Below, one piece after another: positions 1 to 14,398 of a stretch of DNA of 64,000 nt. The notes below the pieces were generated by a model. It did no database searches. It was not told the DNA's origin and was given only the letters and a program-made list of their open reading frames with translations. The DNA is from Azolla caroliniana (Eukaryota; Plantae; Polypodiophyta), in the NCBI GenBank assembly GCA_043228905.1, contig JBHGNT010000004.1, forward strand, positions 15,314,001 through 15,378,000, given 5' to 3'. Position numbers and translations under genes: made by a program. Each line of letters begins with the position of its first letter. The stretch's first letter is position 1.

Positions 1-3000
1 TTCACATCCGTCGTACTATCTTCATCGAGGTGATCGAGGTCAGGATCCTCATCTTGTCTTTTCTTGAAAACCTTTACTCTTTTTCCTGCAATGGGTATGG
101 CCAACCTTGATCCATCTAGCTCTACAAGGTGGTATGTGGCATTGTCGTTGGCACTTATCACCACATACGGTCTGAACCATCTTCTTGCAAAATTTCTTGT
201 AGTACTGTGTTGATTGTCAAGGCTATTGTCGTAGACCAATACCCAATCTCCTTCTTCAATCCTCTTGGGACGCAATCGATGCGTCTTGTCAAACCGAATT
301 TTGTTCTTCACTCGGGCTGCCTCCATCATTTTTCGCGCATGTTCTAGATCTCAGGTCTTCTTTCAAGTTGCCTTATCCGTGCCGCTAATAATTCTTCTCA
401 GCTCATCTCGTTCTCCCATGGTATCGCTACCCATGAGGTGATCGTCCTTTCGATGGGCATCACCGGCTTTTGTCCATACATAAGCTCCGTTGGCATATAC
501 CCTATCACCGAGTTGTGTGTCGTTCTGTCGGCCCACAAGGCGTAGGGCAAAAGTCGTGGACAATTCCCGACTCAACCATTGCATGCTTGTACGATGACTT
601 TGACGATGGGTCCATGCCCTCGCTCGATCTTCCCATTTGCTTCTAGATTGTAGGCAGTTGTGAGGGAGAGCTTCATGCCTAGTCGTTCGAAAAGCTCCGT
701 TGCTTCGTGTGCATCCAACTCCCCTCGGTCGGCTACTATCTTCCCCACACATCCGTATCGGTAGACAACCTCTTCAAGTAGAAATTTGCAAACAACTGAC
801 GTCGTCATATTTGTCAAGGCCCGCTCTTCCACTTGATTTGTCAAGTCTTCTCTTGTCAGCACTAAGTACTTCATTTGTCCCACTCCCATTCGCATCGAGA
901 CCAAATCAACTATCCATTTGAAGTGTATGGTGAGCGGGTATGTCAGTCATAGCTCATCACGATGACGTATATTGGAATGTACTTGGCAAGTTTCGCATGT
1001 GGACACGAAATGGAGTACATCTTTGTACATGCTTGGCCACCAGTACTTTTCCTTCAACTTTTCGAATGTCGCCCATGTTCCTCTATGACCTGCCCAAGCA
1101 CTCTCGTGGAATTCGGTCATCAACGTCACTTGCTCTTCTTTCTTCACCACCACTCAACGTGGTATTCCTGTCCTTCTTTTTGGGTGTCGCCAAAGGAAAC
1201 CTCCCTTCAAGAAGTATTGGCAGGCTTTCTTTCGGATTCATAGGGCCTCCTCCTTTGTCAACGAAGCATCCGTCGTCATTGTTCTTAGGAATCTGCCGAT
1301 AAGTAACCACTCCCCTTCGTACTCGTCCTCGTTGAAGGCGTGGAGGGTTAGCGTGCCCGTGTCTTCTGCCGATAGTGGAGCCATCTTGAAGAAGTCGAGG
1401 GTGACGTCTTAATCTTCCGAAACCATGTCACCTTCATTCTCAAATCTTGCCCTCGACAGCATGTCAGCCATGGCGTTCTTCTTCCCTGCAATATGGCGGA
1501 TCTCTGGGTTTAAAGACTTGATATAGGCGATCCACCTTAGCATAGCTAGATCTGGTGTTGCACATCCCGAGATCATTCCGAGGATTGGGAGACAATCTGT
1601 ATCTATTATCACTTCCATCCCGATCAGGTAATCTTTGTCTGTCTTCACTACCGACACAATACCCCAAAGTTCCCGCTTGACTTGGGCGTATCTTTATTGC
1701 CGTTCGCTAGGAACCTTTGCTCCGAACCGGATGGCATATTGCGCATTATCTTCTCCTTCTTGGTTGATGACCACCCAATTCCGGTTGGGCTCGTATCTAC
1801 AGTCACATAAATCGGCTTCCTTTCGGTATAGTTGGCCTTTCCTAGTGTTGGAGCTTCAAGAAGTAGTTTCTTCAATCTTCGCATTGCGTTTGTATGCTCA
1901 CTTCGCCATTCGAACTTCTTTCTTTTCTTTAGTAGTCCATATAACGGTTCGACGACATGAGCGTAGTGAGGAATCCAGATATGATAAAACGTGCATGCTC
2001 CAAGGAACCTTCGAACCTTCGTTTGGTTTTCGCATTCTTCTTTCATGTCTTGGATCGCGTTCACTTTGGATGGTGAAGGCTTCCGACCGTATGCTCCACA
2101 CAAGTGACCTACGACCAAGATCTCTGGTTGCCCGAATGCGGATTTTTATCCCGAAAATGTCAAATTCGCATCTTCGAGCCTTTGAAGCACCTTCTCGCAA
2201 TCTTTCATATGATCCACGATGAACTTTCTACACCCTTCCTTATCTTTTGATTCATCTTTCTCCTCATCTGAACATCCTTTTATCGGAATATCATCCAAGA
2301 ATGGCATCGTGATGTCTGGGATACAATCCTTCAAGACTTTGTTCATAGCATTCACCATATGAGCCACCGAGTTCGTTGCGCCTTGAGGTAAGGTACACAT
2401 CCGCACAAGCCCGATCGGAGTCCTCATGGTTGTAATGTCACGACTGTCGATCGCCAATTGGAATTGGTCATATCCGGAGTGGAGATTGCCAATGGAGTAG
2501 ATGGACCGGCCCGCAAACGCCTCGGCAAATTCGTCCACGCTCGGACCGATTCCAGCATTTCGAATTGTCACCTTGTTGACAGGTTGAAGATCGTGGATGA
2601 ATCGCAATGATCCATTCTTCTTCGGCACCGTGAACCACCTATTGGAATAAGGAGCATTCGATGGTTCCAGAATTCCCATATTCACCTTCTCCTTTAAGAG
2701 CTCGATCAGCTTCGATAGGTGTGCTCTCGGAACCGGTATCAGTTTCAAATTCCAAGGTACATGCGGCACCGTGAAGATCACCATTGGCTCTATTGCCCTT
2801 GGATCAGCACATCCGATTTCTTGTGGGAAAAATGCGAAAGCCTTCCCATGTCGCGAAACTTTCACTCCTCTTCCAACTCGTAGCTTTCCCTTCGTCTCTT
2901 TGGTGAAGACATGACCTATTGTCTTCGGATCTCTTAAGCTTGGATCGTTAGCAACTTCCTTCATCTTTTGCCAGCTATCTTCTGGTAGCGGAACTGCAAC

Positions 3001-5648
3001 TCGCTTGACCTTCTTATCCACTATTTTATATTTTGTGTTGACGTCAGTTTCCTTCATCAAGATGCTTCGATGATATTCATCGATGATAATGTACATGTTG
3101 AAGGAGTTAACCGAAATCACATGATGATCGTGAAGATAGCTCAAGTCCACGACGTCCTCGATTTCGCCGATGGTGTCATTAAATGAGGCTTCTTCCATAA
3201 TATGAGTCACGAACTCTTCTTCTTCTATTATGTTTTCTTCTTTCAGCATCTTCTCGAAGTTTTGTATTCGATGCTTGTCCTTCTTGTCGGGTAGTACTAG
3301 TTTACATGCGCCACTAGGTGTGACACATGTTGCTTCTCCTCGCAATCCACGCGCTCTACTTTCTTGTGGGGACTTGCGATTGCTCGGACTATTTGTGCCC
3401 CATGCTTCAATAGTCCGCTCTAAAAATCCGGGGGATTCGCCTCCTAGACTATCTCGATTCCTTTCATGATTGGCTCGCACCGTTAGGAATTGGACCGATC
3501 TTTGGTTGTCAAGACTCTTTATTCATGTGAAGGTTGCTCCATTATCAAACACTTTGGTCTCCATCCAAGATGATGTGATATACGGTTGTCCTAGGATAAC
3601 AAGATGTGACGCTGATTCTTGCATGAAGAAGTGTTGATCCATCTCCACATCCCCGATCGTGACTTTAACATTGGGACAAGCTCCGTACAAGTCCTCCGTA
3701 GTCTTTGTTGCCGCACGAATCTTCCATCTGTGATTTGTATTGATTGGCCATCTTCCTTTTTAAATGTAGAAGTCAGTTGACATGAGGTTGATCTCCGAAC
3801 CGTGGTCGATCAAGGCTACCACGGTCTCTTTCTTCTCCCCGATCTTCATCGGCGTCTCCATTGTCGCTCATGCCTAATGAGGTCGAGTATAGTGGTTGTC
3901 CACCATATCTTCATCGACTTCGTCTCTTGCCATCGTTATGGCATTCGTTTTTGCTTTTTGCAGCTTCTCTTCTTCCTCGTCCGATTGTTGTCTTTTTCTC
4001 TTTACAAGGTCCACGATCGTGTCATGGAACTCCTTCTTCGTAATGCCAAGCAATTCCCTCAAGGACAAAGTCACGTGGCTATCAAGAACACGTTCTTCGA
4101 GAATCTTCTTTAGGTCCGTTGTATGCTCTATGTCCAACCTTAGCTTATAGGTAGGCATAGCCCTTGTCCTCCGAGCGGGGTCTTCGACACCAACCTTCAT
4201 GGGTCGTACGGTTTCTTCGACTCGTATGCTCGGCTCTCCTTTTCGGCTTGAATCTCATTCCTCCATTTGCAAAGTTCGACTTGTCTCCGCATCTTCCTTC
4301 TTTTTAGCGTTCCTTGTTTCATGTCTTTTTGATGGGCCTTGCTCTTCTATTCTTTTTCTCTTTTCTTCAACAAACACCTCGTGGTTGTCGCACATCACCT
4401 CCGCGAGTATGGTGTTGTCATCCACCGGATCCGACCATCCGGTTATACTTTGTACACTTCGATTTGCAAGCTCTACTTCATTCAAAGTGACTTTTTCTTT
4501 CTTCTCATATTCGAGAACGGAAGTCCAAAACTTTGCTCCCGCTCTAGCAGCTTCAGTCTTGTCTTTCCCGACTCTTATTCCGGTTGACGTAGCATAGTGC
4601 ATCGCATCCACATGAGTCACATCGGCATCCTCCATAGCTTTCTTCATTCCTCCTCTTCCGAAATTCACCCATAGGGGTCTTCTAGTCTCGCTCGAGAAGA
4701 TCATGTTGTCATCTATGTACATGATATTTTGTCGAATGGCATCTCGAAGGCTCGAACAATCTCTTCTCGTGTGGTCCATGCCATCGCACCATACGCATCT
4801 AAAGGGTTCTTTTCATGTTGGCTAGCGTAACCATCTCGAACTTCTTCGCCAGTTCTTCGATGATGTTGTCATCAATCTTCTTTTCTTCTGGGCTGCTTTG
4901 TTTGGGCGGCTCAGCTACTTTCGGTTGTCTTGTTTTCTCCGCAACAGTCGATCCCGCCAAGTCGGTGTCATCAACCCACTAACAACGCTTGTCGAGCCTA
5001 TTGCATGCTCGCTTTACCGCAACCCAGTCCGCCACAAGCCCATTTGCTTGGATATCGTCTTCGAGAAGAGTCCCCAATTCTCGTCTATCCTTCATGTCCA
5101 CAGCTTTCAAGAAGTACAAAGTCTTGTCTTCTTCAAGCAGCACTTGGTCCGTGTTGGGGAGACGACTAAACATCTAGTCGAATTCGTCGTACACCCTTGA
5201 GGCGCTCATCTTCTTATTCTTCTTCTCTATCCACTTCATCAGGGGATGTCGAGTCATCCTCGTTGAGGCTTCAGTCACGAACTCCGCTAATATCGCTTTC
5301 TCAAACTCGGACCATGTTGCCTTACCTTCTTGAAGCTCGATGACGCGTCTTTGGATGTTGTTGGCGACCACCCTTTTGAAACTCGTGATTTGCCGTGCTT
5401 CAGACGCGTCTCTTTGATTCATCTCCCTTTTGTATGCGTTAAGGAACTTCGTAACGTTCCTTCCATCGAATTGACCCTCGAGCTCTACGACATGGTCGAC
5501 GGCCTTCTCCACGCTCGCATCGTTGTCTCAAGATCTCATCATTTGTTCTACGATCAGCATCATCCTTTCGAACTCTCCCGCTTGGTTGCTTGAGGATGCC
5601 ATCTCCAAGTATCCGTTGATCCTCGATTTGATCCTTCCTGCCGCCTCT

Positions 5649-5666
5649 TTCACGTCGGGTTCACCA
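5649..5666 (-). promoter_or_regulatory. Primer-binding site complementary to tRNA-Trp
   Basis: The + strand reads TTCACGTCGGGTTCACCA, matching the 3' end of plant cytosolic tRNA-Trp(CCA) as I recall it. It lies 8 nt from the LTR edge. Confidence 0.8.
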
Positions 5667-5674
5667 CTTAATTA

Positions 5675-6710
5675 TGTCGTGAAGATCCGTCACTATGCGC
5701 TGATCGTGAGGCGGAACCGCCGAGGTTCTGGAGCGAAAGGATTCGAAGTTTGCACAAGCTTTAGCGAGAAAGTATTTAAGATAATTTGAGAGAGAGAGAT
5801 TGAGATTAAACGCTTGACTTTAGATTGAAAAAGATTGATATGGCGAAAAGAGAGAGAGATTAAGATTGAGCAATTGACTTTAGATTTAAGAAACAAGTTA
5901 CACGATCAATTTGATAACGAATTTTCTTCTCTTAATTTCATAGAAAAAAAAGTACCTAACATTTCTTCTTTTTCCATCTCCTCTTTTATAGATGCCCTCA
6001 TGCATTTGAGGGTACAAGACATGCATAAAATGCATGTTTGCCATTTGGCGCTCATGTATTACATGTGGTGCATGATAATCATGTCACTCATTTTAACTCT
6101 CATGTATGAGAATTTACATATAAAGTTACAATGATAGAAATATAATTTCAAGAAAATGTGTTGGCTTAGTGGTAGTCTTATAGACTCTCAACTTGGAGGT
6201 GCAAGGTTTAAATCCACACTTGCACTCCTTCTGTATACATATATTTATTTATTTTATTTATATATCTATCCGGTCGCCGGATGTCGCCGGTCGCCAACTC
6301 CGATTTGATTACCGACCGGTTCTGGTTTGCTTATCGGTTAGTTCCGATTTGCTTATCGGCCGGTTTCGGTTTGCTTTCCAACCAGTTCCATTTTTTTTGC
6401 CAGTTGGTTTTTAGGAATTTGGCCACATTCATCCATCTAGACAAAGTGGCCAAAAGTGCTCTTAGCACAAATGAAAAATAAGGGATCTCAATGTGCTTAT
6501 ATAGCCAGGGCCTTAACTTTCCTATCTATGTGAGATATTTCACAATTTTATTTTTCTCTTTTTTTTCTTTTGCAAAACTTCATACCCACATAAGTTGACG
6601 CTTAGATGTCTGTTTCTTATGTAGTAAAGTGCATCTGAAAGCTCTTCAAGACCTCCATCCTTTTGTAGTTTTATGTGATTTTCACACCATTGCCGAAAAT
6701 CTTCACGACA
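5675..6710 (-). repeat. 5' LTR of the Trp-primed Gypsy (~1036 bp)
   Basis: 12-bp terminal inverted repeat TGTCGTGAAGAT...ATCTTCACGACA; next to the PBS; interrupts the Copia integrase at 6710/6711. Confidence 0.85.
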
Positions 6711-9253
6711 CCGGTAAGACACATCCTTACCGATCCATACTTTCTGCGGTGAGTCTCCGTCCAAGGGTACTAAGGATGATCTGTTTATCACATAGGTCGT
6801 TGTCGTCAGCGCCTCAGCCCAAAACATCTTGGGTAACTTGGCATGTGCGAGCATGCTCTGGACTCTCTCCATTATGGTCCGGTTCATCCTTTCGGCCAAC
6901 CCGTTTAGTTCCGGCGTCTTCGACATGGTGAATTCAAGCCAGATTCCCTTCGACTGGCAGTACTCCTTGAACTGCCCCCAGTATTCTCCTCCGTTATCTG
7001 CTCAAACCGCTTTCAGCTTCCGTCCGGTTTCTATTTCCACTCTCGCGTGGAGCTCCTTGAAGACGGATAACACTTGATCCTTCATCTTCAACGGTGAGAC
7101 CCACAGCTTCTGGCTGTGGTCATCTATGAACGTCACGAAGTACTGCGATCTAGCATGTAACTTCGTGTCTACTTGACACACATCGGTATGCACCAGCTCC
7201 AGTGGTGCATTCCGTCTCATCGGTGGTCTTGACCGGAAGGAGGTGCGGTTTTGCTTGCCATCTAGGCAGTCGATGCACATCTCAAGTTGCACGTTCTTCA
7301 CCGGAATGAGGTTGTCTTCGACAAGCCTTTTCATCCCCTTCTCGCTCATGTGCCACAGTCTTTTGTGCCACAGCTCACCGGCAGTGTCGGATGCTACGTT
7401 CACTTCTTCCCGGCATATCCAGGCATTCATCAAGTATAGTGTGTTGACCTTCCGGGCTCAAGCCACTATTAAGCTCCCTTTGCAGAACTTCATGACACCA
7501 TTCTGGATGCTACTTGTGTAGCCTTCATCATCTAGCAGACCGGCAGATATCAGGTTCATTCAAACCTTCAGAATGTGTCGGACATCCTTCAGCAGCAACT
7601 TGCATCCGGTTTATGTCGTCAACAACACGTCTCCTATGCCGATAATTCGACATGTCCCTTGATTCCCCATCCGAACATAGCCGTGCTCACCGGTTGTGTA
7701 GGATGAAGCATTTCCGATCTAGGGTAAGGTGGAACGACACTCCGGAATCGACAACCCACGTTGTCTCGTCAACGGCAAGGTTCAACTCACTCTCCTCGGT
7801 GATGAGCATTAGTTCTTCTTCACTTGCCGTGATCGCCGTCACTCCCTTCCGGTCCGAGCCTTGCCGATCCGAACCGTTTCGGTCTAGTGACTTCTTCGAA
7901 TCGGTATTGTCGGTTCCCTTGTCTTTCCGGAAATGCCGACAGTTCTTCTGGAAGTGCCCTAGCTTGCCGCAATAGAAGCAAGTTGGCTTCACCCTTGACT
8001 TTGACCGTGTCCCCGACTTTTCCCGATTCTGGGGACTCCGATTCCTTTGTCTTCTGCGTTCTGATTCGGTAAGGAGGGCTTTGGCGTCGGAGATCACCTC
8101 CTTGTCTTTCCGACGTGCCTCCTCATCTAGCAAGCTCGACTTGACTCTTGCTAGGGATAGTTGTTTTCCGTCCAGCCCGGCGTTGCCCAACGTGACAACT
8201 AACGTCTCCCAGCTATCTGGGAGGGAACCGAGCAGGAGTAGAGCAAGTACCTCATCAGCGAGAGGTACTTCCAATGAGGTTACTTGGTGTATCAGCCCCT
8301 GGAAGGCATTCATGTGCTCTGCCATACTGGAGCCATCTTGGTACCGGAGCCTCACTAGCTTCCAAAATACCGAAACCTGATTAACGGCATTCTTGTTCTA
8401 GAACATGATGCCGATCTTCTCCCAGAGTTCATGAGCCTTGCTCTCTTCATTGAAGTTGTTGTACAGGCTCACGTCGATGAAGCACCGGATGTATATCGTC
8501 TTCTTCATGTGCATCACCTCCCACACCGTGGCGTCGATCTTATCCGGTCTCTTGTCCCCGAACTGAACCGGCAACCAAAGATCTTTAATCACCAGCATGT
8601 CCCTCATCTTCGACTTCCACACTGAGTAGTTTGAGCCGGTGAGCTTGAACATGCCGCCATAAGATTCTTCCATATTCTGTGTTGTTCAATCTTATACCAG
8701 TTTGAAAAGAAATACACGGAATATCGCTCGGCCACAACCGAGTAGTAAATCACTCCTATAAGAATCAAACACAGAAATGGGAAGCGCAGAGTACACAAGA
8801 AAATGACACAGGATGTTTACGTGGAAAACCCTAATAGGGAAAAACCACGGGAGCCCACAGACTCCGAACTATCACTATGAAGAGAAGGGGTACAATCAGA
8901 GACTCAGAGGCAACGACCTCGAGCTCTGTTTCTTCGCACAGTGGCGGTTACGACAGAGTATTGCTCTATATATCTCTCTCTCCCTCTCTCTCTGTACAAT
9001 AGTTACAACAATATGACAACAACACAAATCACATATACTAAAGTGATTGCCCTAAGTCATATTTATAGTTATATGAACTTAGGGCTATTTACAAATATAG
9101 CCTCAATGGGCTTATTCAAGACATATTTACAAATTTGTCTTCTCTTCCGGTCCTCACCAGGTTCACCGATCCGGTTTCTAGATCTTTTCCGGTTCTCACT
9201 GGGTCCTCTTTATTCATCACCGGATCCCATCCGGAGAGACCGATTTCCCAACA
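6711..9253 (-). mobile_element. Ty1/Copia element D, 5' part (LTR 8703-9253, gag, protease, integrase)
   Basis: gag at 8398-8673 and 7687-8355 with CFYCGKLGHFQKNC knuckle and WVVDSG protease; GAG-pre-integrase LWHKRLWHMS; integrase ELVHTD...NGLAERMNRT. LTR TG...CA, followed by a Met-like PBS (TGGTATAAG, ~8691-8699). Confidence 0.88.
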
Positions 9254-10467
9254 CGAATCAAACAGTAAAACAATATCTCCGTTGCTTTATCAATTATCAA
9301 CAAGATGATTGGGTGGATTTCTTACATATGGCAAAATTTGCTTACAATAATTCAATCCATTCTTCTATGGGATTCACTCCATTCTTTGTAAACACAGGAT
9401 ATCATCCTCGTTGGATGATGCTCGAATATCCAAAAGTCTCAAACAATCCCGCTGTGAAAGATCGTCTAGAACAACTCAAAGAAGTTCAAGCCAACCTTTC
9501 TGATAATTTGCTTCATGCTCAAGCTAAGTACAAGAAGGTGGCAGATAAACATCGCTTAGATTATACACTTCAGGACCCTAAGTTTAAAGTTGGTGATCGG
9601 GTATGGTTATTATGTTGTAATGTGAAAACTACTAGACCATGTGACAAATTGGATTCCAACTTCTAGGTCCATTTGTAATCTCTCATCAAGTCAATGAGGT
9701 TGCATTTTGTCTGCACTTGCCTTCACATATGCATCTTCATCCAGTGTTTCATGTTTCATTGTTAGAACCATGGACATCAAATTCTATCCTAAATCGGGTT
9801 ATTCCACCACCACCTCCAGTTCAACTTGCTGAAGGACCAGAATATGAGGTAGAAGCTATTTTGGACTCCAAGTTCATCCACAATAAGTTATATTATTTGG
9901 TAGATTGGCTTGGATACATGCCTGAGGATAGAACATGGGAACCCGTAGCGAATGTCACTAATGCCTCTGAACTTATACAGGAGTTTCATCGTCGCTATCC
10001 CCATAAACCAAAACCTAGTTCATGCATTGCGACTCATGGAACTCGTCATCAAAGGAGGGGATGATGTCACAAAATATGAATATCAAGATTTGAAGTTGTA
10101 ACCTTTATACAAGGGTCTCACACTAACCAGTACACCAACTTATTTTAATTAACAAATATATTTTCATATTATTATTATTCAAGAATTATGGGCACTAGAC
10201 ATAATAGATGGCCTCCAAATGCCATGCATGGATGTACGTCAAGTAGCACACAACATGTATGCCAAATGGCGATCATGTACAATCCTATGTACACTATATA
10301 AGTGGAAGATCTGCTTAGTGTTGAACCATTCCAATTCCACACCAGTCTTGTAATCTCGGTTTCCGGTAATAGAAATTCTTGTCTTCTTATCCTGTTATTG
10401 TCTTCTCATTTGTTATTATCTTCATTTCTTCCAAATCGACATCGTCTTTGAAGGTTGGGTCGTGACA
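9254..10467 (+). mobile_element. Tcn1-like chromoviral Gypsy, 3' part (integrase, chromodomain, PPT, 3' LTR 10065-10467)
   Basis: NQTVKQYLRCFINYQQDDW integrase; HPVFHVSLL; chromodomain EYEVEAILDS...YLVDWLGY...TWEP; PPT AAAGGAGGGG at 10051-10060; LTR TGTCAC...GTGACA. Confidence 0.85.
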
Positions 10468-13400
10468 CATGAAGGATTCAGAATGTGCGGCATAATAGAA
10501 ATGCCGGAAGCAATTCTGAACCTTTTGGAAGCATGGGGAGTCACATCGGCGCCGGAAGCCGGCAAGAGAAGGCTCCGGCGGAATGTTGTTGTGGCAAGAA
10601 AGGCCACAAGGAGAGCGAGTGCTAGAAGAAGAGAGCCGATTCGGACAAAGCCGAATCGAGCAGAAGAGACGCAGGAAGGCGTTAGAAATCGCACTACGCC
10701 GAAGGCTCCGAACGAGCCGGAAATGGATCGGGCCCAGCCTTCGTAATGAAGCACAAGGACAATTCGATGGCCGTGAACACCTCGAAATCGAGCGAGGTGT
10801 GGTATGTTGATTCCGGAGTGTCAAATCATATGACGAGTCATGAGGAATGGTTCTCATACATGGAGAAACCGGAAAAACAAGGAGTGGTCAAAACGAGAGA
10901 CGACACTCCGCATACCATCGAACATATCGGAGAAGTTCCTCTCAGCCACGTCGGGCAGAAAGGGAAACTTATGAACGTGTTGCATGTCTTGACAATAACC
11001 AAGAACCTCATGTCAGTCAGCCAGATCGTCGACCAGGGGATGCAAGTTCGATTCACGCACACCGGGTGCTACATCGAAGAGGAATGCCAAGTTATCGCGC
11101 AAGGGCACCATGAAGGGAGGATGTTCATCCTCGACACCAATCAAGCAGGAACTGCGTTGTTCGCTAGAGGATAGAAGGTCGAGTCGGACATCGACCTATG
11201 GCATAAGTGGTTCAGCCATGTTAACTTCCCACGGCTTCGTTAAATGTAGACGAAGAACATTGTTTTCGGTTTGCCGAAATTTCCGTGCCGTAATGGTCAA
11301 GGTCTGTGAAGCCTACCAACTAGGGAAGCATCACCGACTTCCATTCCCCAATGAGAGTAATCGTAGTCGAAGTCCACTGGATTTGATCCATTCGGATGTG
11401 TGGGGACCGGCACAAAACACAAGTCTCAGTGGAAGCCGTTACTTCGTAACCTTCATCGATGACTTCACTCGGCATACTTGGGCATGCTTGATCGCGAAAA
11501 AGAGCAAAGTCTTCACATGGTTCCAGAAGGTGAAGAACCTTGCAAAAAGGGAAATTGGATGAAAGATCAAGTGCCTATGGTCTGATGGCAGGAAGGAGTA
11601 CTTCTCCAACCAGTTCACGAGTTATCTACAAAAGGAGGGAATTCGACGCAAATTCTCGTGTAGATATACGTCGGAGCAGAATAGCCTAGCCGAACAGAAG
11701 AATCGAACAATCGAAGAAGCAACCAGGGCAATGCTTGAAGAGAAGCATATGTCAAAGTTTTACTGGGCTAAAGCCGTAAAGATGGTTGTTTACTTGCATA
11801 ATCGAACCTCTACTAATGGAGGAGTGTCGCCACACGAGTTGTATTATGGCAAGAAGCTGAACTTGGCACACTTGAGGATTTTTGGCAACATTGCATATGT
11901 ACATGTACCAAAGGAGAAACGGAGGAAGCTGGATGCCAAAGCCGAAAAGTGCATATTAGTCGGCTATTCAGACAAACAAAAGGGGTATAAGTGCTATAAC
12001 CCCCGAACGAAGGAAGTTCGTGTAAGCCGAGATGTCGTGTTCGACGAGTCCGCTTCGTGGTACTTGCCTTCGCCTCCAATCCCTAATGACTCCATTCTAA
12101 ATTCTAAAGAAGAGGTCAACGAGGTTGAGATGCCTCTAGGTGATGAGGATATCAGAGCTCTATCAGAGAGTTCGATCTCATTTCAGCTAAGTGGGCCGAA
12201 TGAGGGGTTGGGCCGAGATGGCCAACCAAATGAAGAACCGGCGAGTAGTGGAGACTCAGCCGTGTTAGAGACATAGACTAATGTAAGCATGAGATAAGGA
12301 TAGAAAATAGATAAATAGATAGAAAGGAGAGTGAGAAAGAAGGGTGTCGATCCACCCGACCACCCCCGAGCAAAGGGATCGAGATGGACTCGAGCCTCGA
12401 TCGGCGTCCCATACCACCGATGTGGCGTCGAGCCATACCTGGTGCTGGCGCGCTCGCTACAAGAGTTGACCCACCACAAGACAAAGTCTCGACGTAGTCA
12501 ACCAGATAAAGAAATGAGGGTAGCTAGGCCTCTTATTTATAGCGATACCCAAGGCCCCCAACCATGTTCACACTTGGCCTAATGGGTTGTCTCAATCCCG
12601 AGGATTAAAAGTAATCCTCCCCTTCTTTACACTCTCGTTTAACCCTCAAACTTATCCACGTGTATAGAATACTACGGTAAATTCTCACCACGGGATATTA
12701 TATGGTCATGCCCGTAACATACTCCCCCTCTTTAAAACATTGCACTCTTGCAATGGAAAGTTAGGGAAGTTAGTTCTAAGAGTATTTTCGTGTTCCCATG
12801 TGGCATCTTTTATTGATTTATCCATCCATTTTATTTTAAATTCTCAAATTTCTTTAGTACATAATTTTTTTGTTTTAACATCGAGAATTCTTTCTGGTAC
12901 ATGTGGTTTAGAAGATAATTCTTCAGAAGTAACCAGAGTTTCAGTTGTAACTGTATTGTCGCCAAAACCGAGAAGTTCTTTTAGACGACTCACATGAAAG
13001 ACTAGATGAATTCCAACACCATCGGAAGAGCGAGACGATAGGCTGATGACCCAATGCGTTTGAGGACTGTAAAAGGTCCACAAAACCATGGGGCTAACTT
13101 AGCGCACTTATCCGTAGACAATGTCTTAGAATTGTGAGGTACACGTAAAAATACCTTCTGTCCAGGGTTGAATACACGAGGTTGCCTATGATGATAGGCA
13201 TAAAAACGCGCTCTATCTTGAGCTGTTTTTATATTATCTCGTGCAATATGCAACATATCTTGCATATCCCGAAGAAATTTTTGCGTACTTCGCAATTCAT
13301 CATGATGTATATTAACATCAATCGGGGCTCGTGGCTGAAAATCATACATCAACATAAAAGGACTATATCCCGTCGACGTATGCTTGGAGCTGTTATATGC

Positions 13401-14398
13401 AAACTCCAAAATTGGGAGATAACGTTCCCATTTTGTTGGTTTTGCACCAACATATGCTCGAAGCATGTCCTCAATAATTTGATTTACTCGTTCTGTTTGT
13501 CCATCATATTGAGGATGATCCGTGGAGCTCATGCTCAACGTAGTTTCTAACTTCTTAAAGACTTATGTCCAGAAGTCACTAGTAAAATTTGGATCTCGAT
13601 CACTCACGATATCCATCGGTAACCCATAGAAACGAAATAACTCGTCAACGAATTGGTAAGCCAATTCAGGAGTTGTTACCGTGGTTTTAGTAGCAATAAA
13701 TCTGGCCATTTTAGTTAGTCGATCAACCACAACCCAAATGGCATCATGGCCTTTTTGGGTGCGAGGAAGGCTAACAATAAAATCCATGGATATACTTTCC
13801 CACTTATTATTGGGAATGTCCAAGGGATGTAAAAGTCCTGCGGCTTTAAGTCGCTCGGCTTTGTTAACCTGACATTGGTGACATTTAGTCACGTAGCTAT
13901 GTATGTCAAGGCGCATCTGTTAAGAGTTTATTACTAATCAATAGACCAAATCAAGGAAAAAGGAAGAAAATAGATTGGATAGAAGAACCCGTTCCACCCG
14001 ACCACCCCCGAGCTATGATCTAGACATAGCCAACCTACCACCGACGTCCCATACCGCCGGATATTAGGATGACTAATACCTTGGAAGAGATAAACACGAT
14101 CGTCGAGACGAAAGCCTAGCCCGCACCACAGGTGTCTACGACAGCAGCCTTCCGACGTGATGATCCCTATGAGGGTAGCTAAGCCTCATATTTATACCTT
14201 TTCCTAGGCCCCTTGAATAGATGTGCCTTTCTAAAAGGCTCTCTATTCATTGGTTGTCTAAATCATGATAGTGCATGCACATATCATTCATTCTATCCAA
14301 TCATTAGTCCCCTTTTTAATAATAGTGAACATACCCTTCACTAATGTAAATATTAGTGACCTACCCTCACCAACGTTATGTGTACATAACATACTCCC

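Larger units (their letters stand above)
1..6710 (-). mobile_element. Degenerate non-chromoviral Ty3/Gypsy LTR retrotransposon (Phygy-like); 3' end lies outside the window
   Basis: Minus-strand fragments in Gypsy order: gag (5174-5512, 4255-4779), protease (~3540-3870, ALIDHGSEINLM), RT (2146-3480, PFLDD), RNase H (1409-2118), integrase (572-1153, H-H-C-C and core). Many stops and frameshifts. PBS and 5' LTR are present. Confidence 0.9.

Noticed and set aside
5649-5666. tRNA-Trp gene
   Set aside because: Only the 3' 18 nt are present, including an encoded CCA, next to an LTR. This is a PBS.
8941-9666. 241-aa ORF as a novel gene
   Set aside because: Chance fusion of antisense Copia LTR sequence with a Gypsy integrase fragment.
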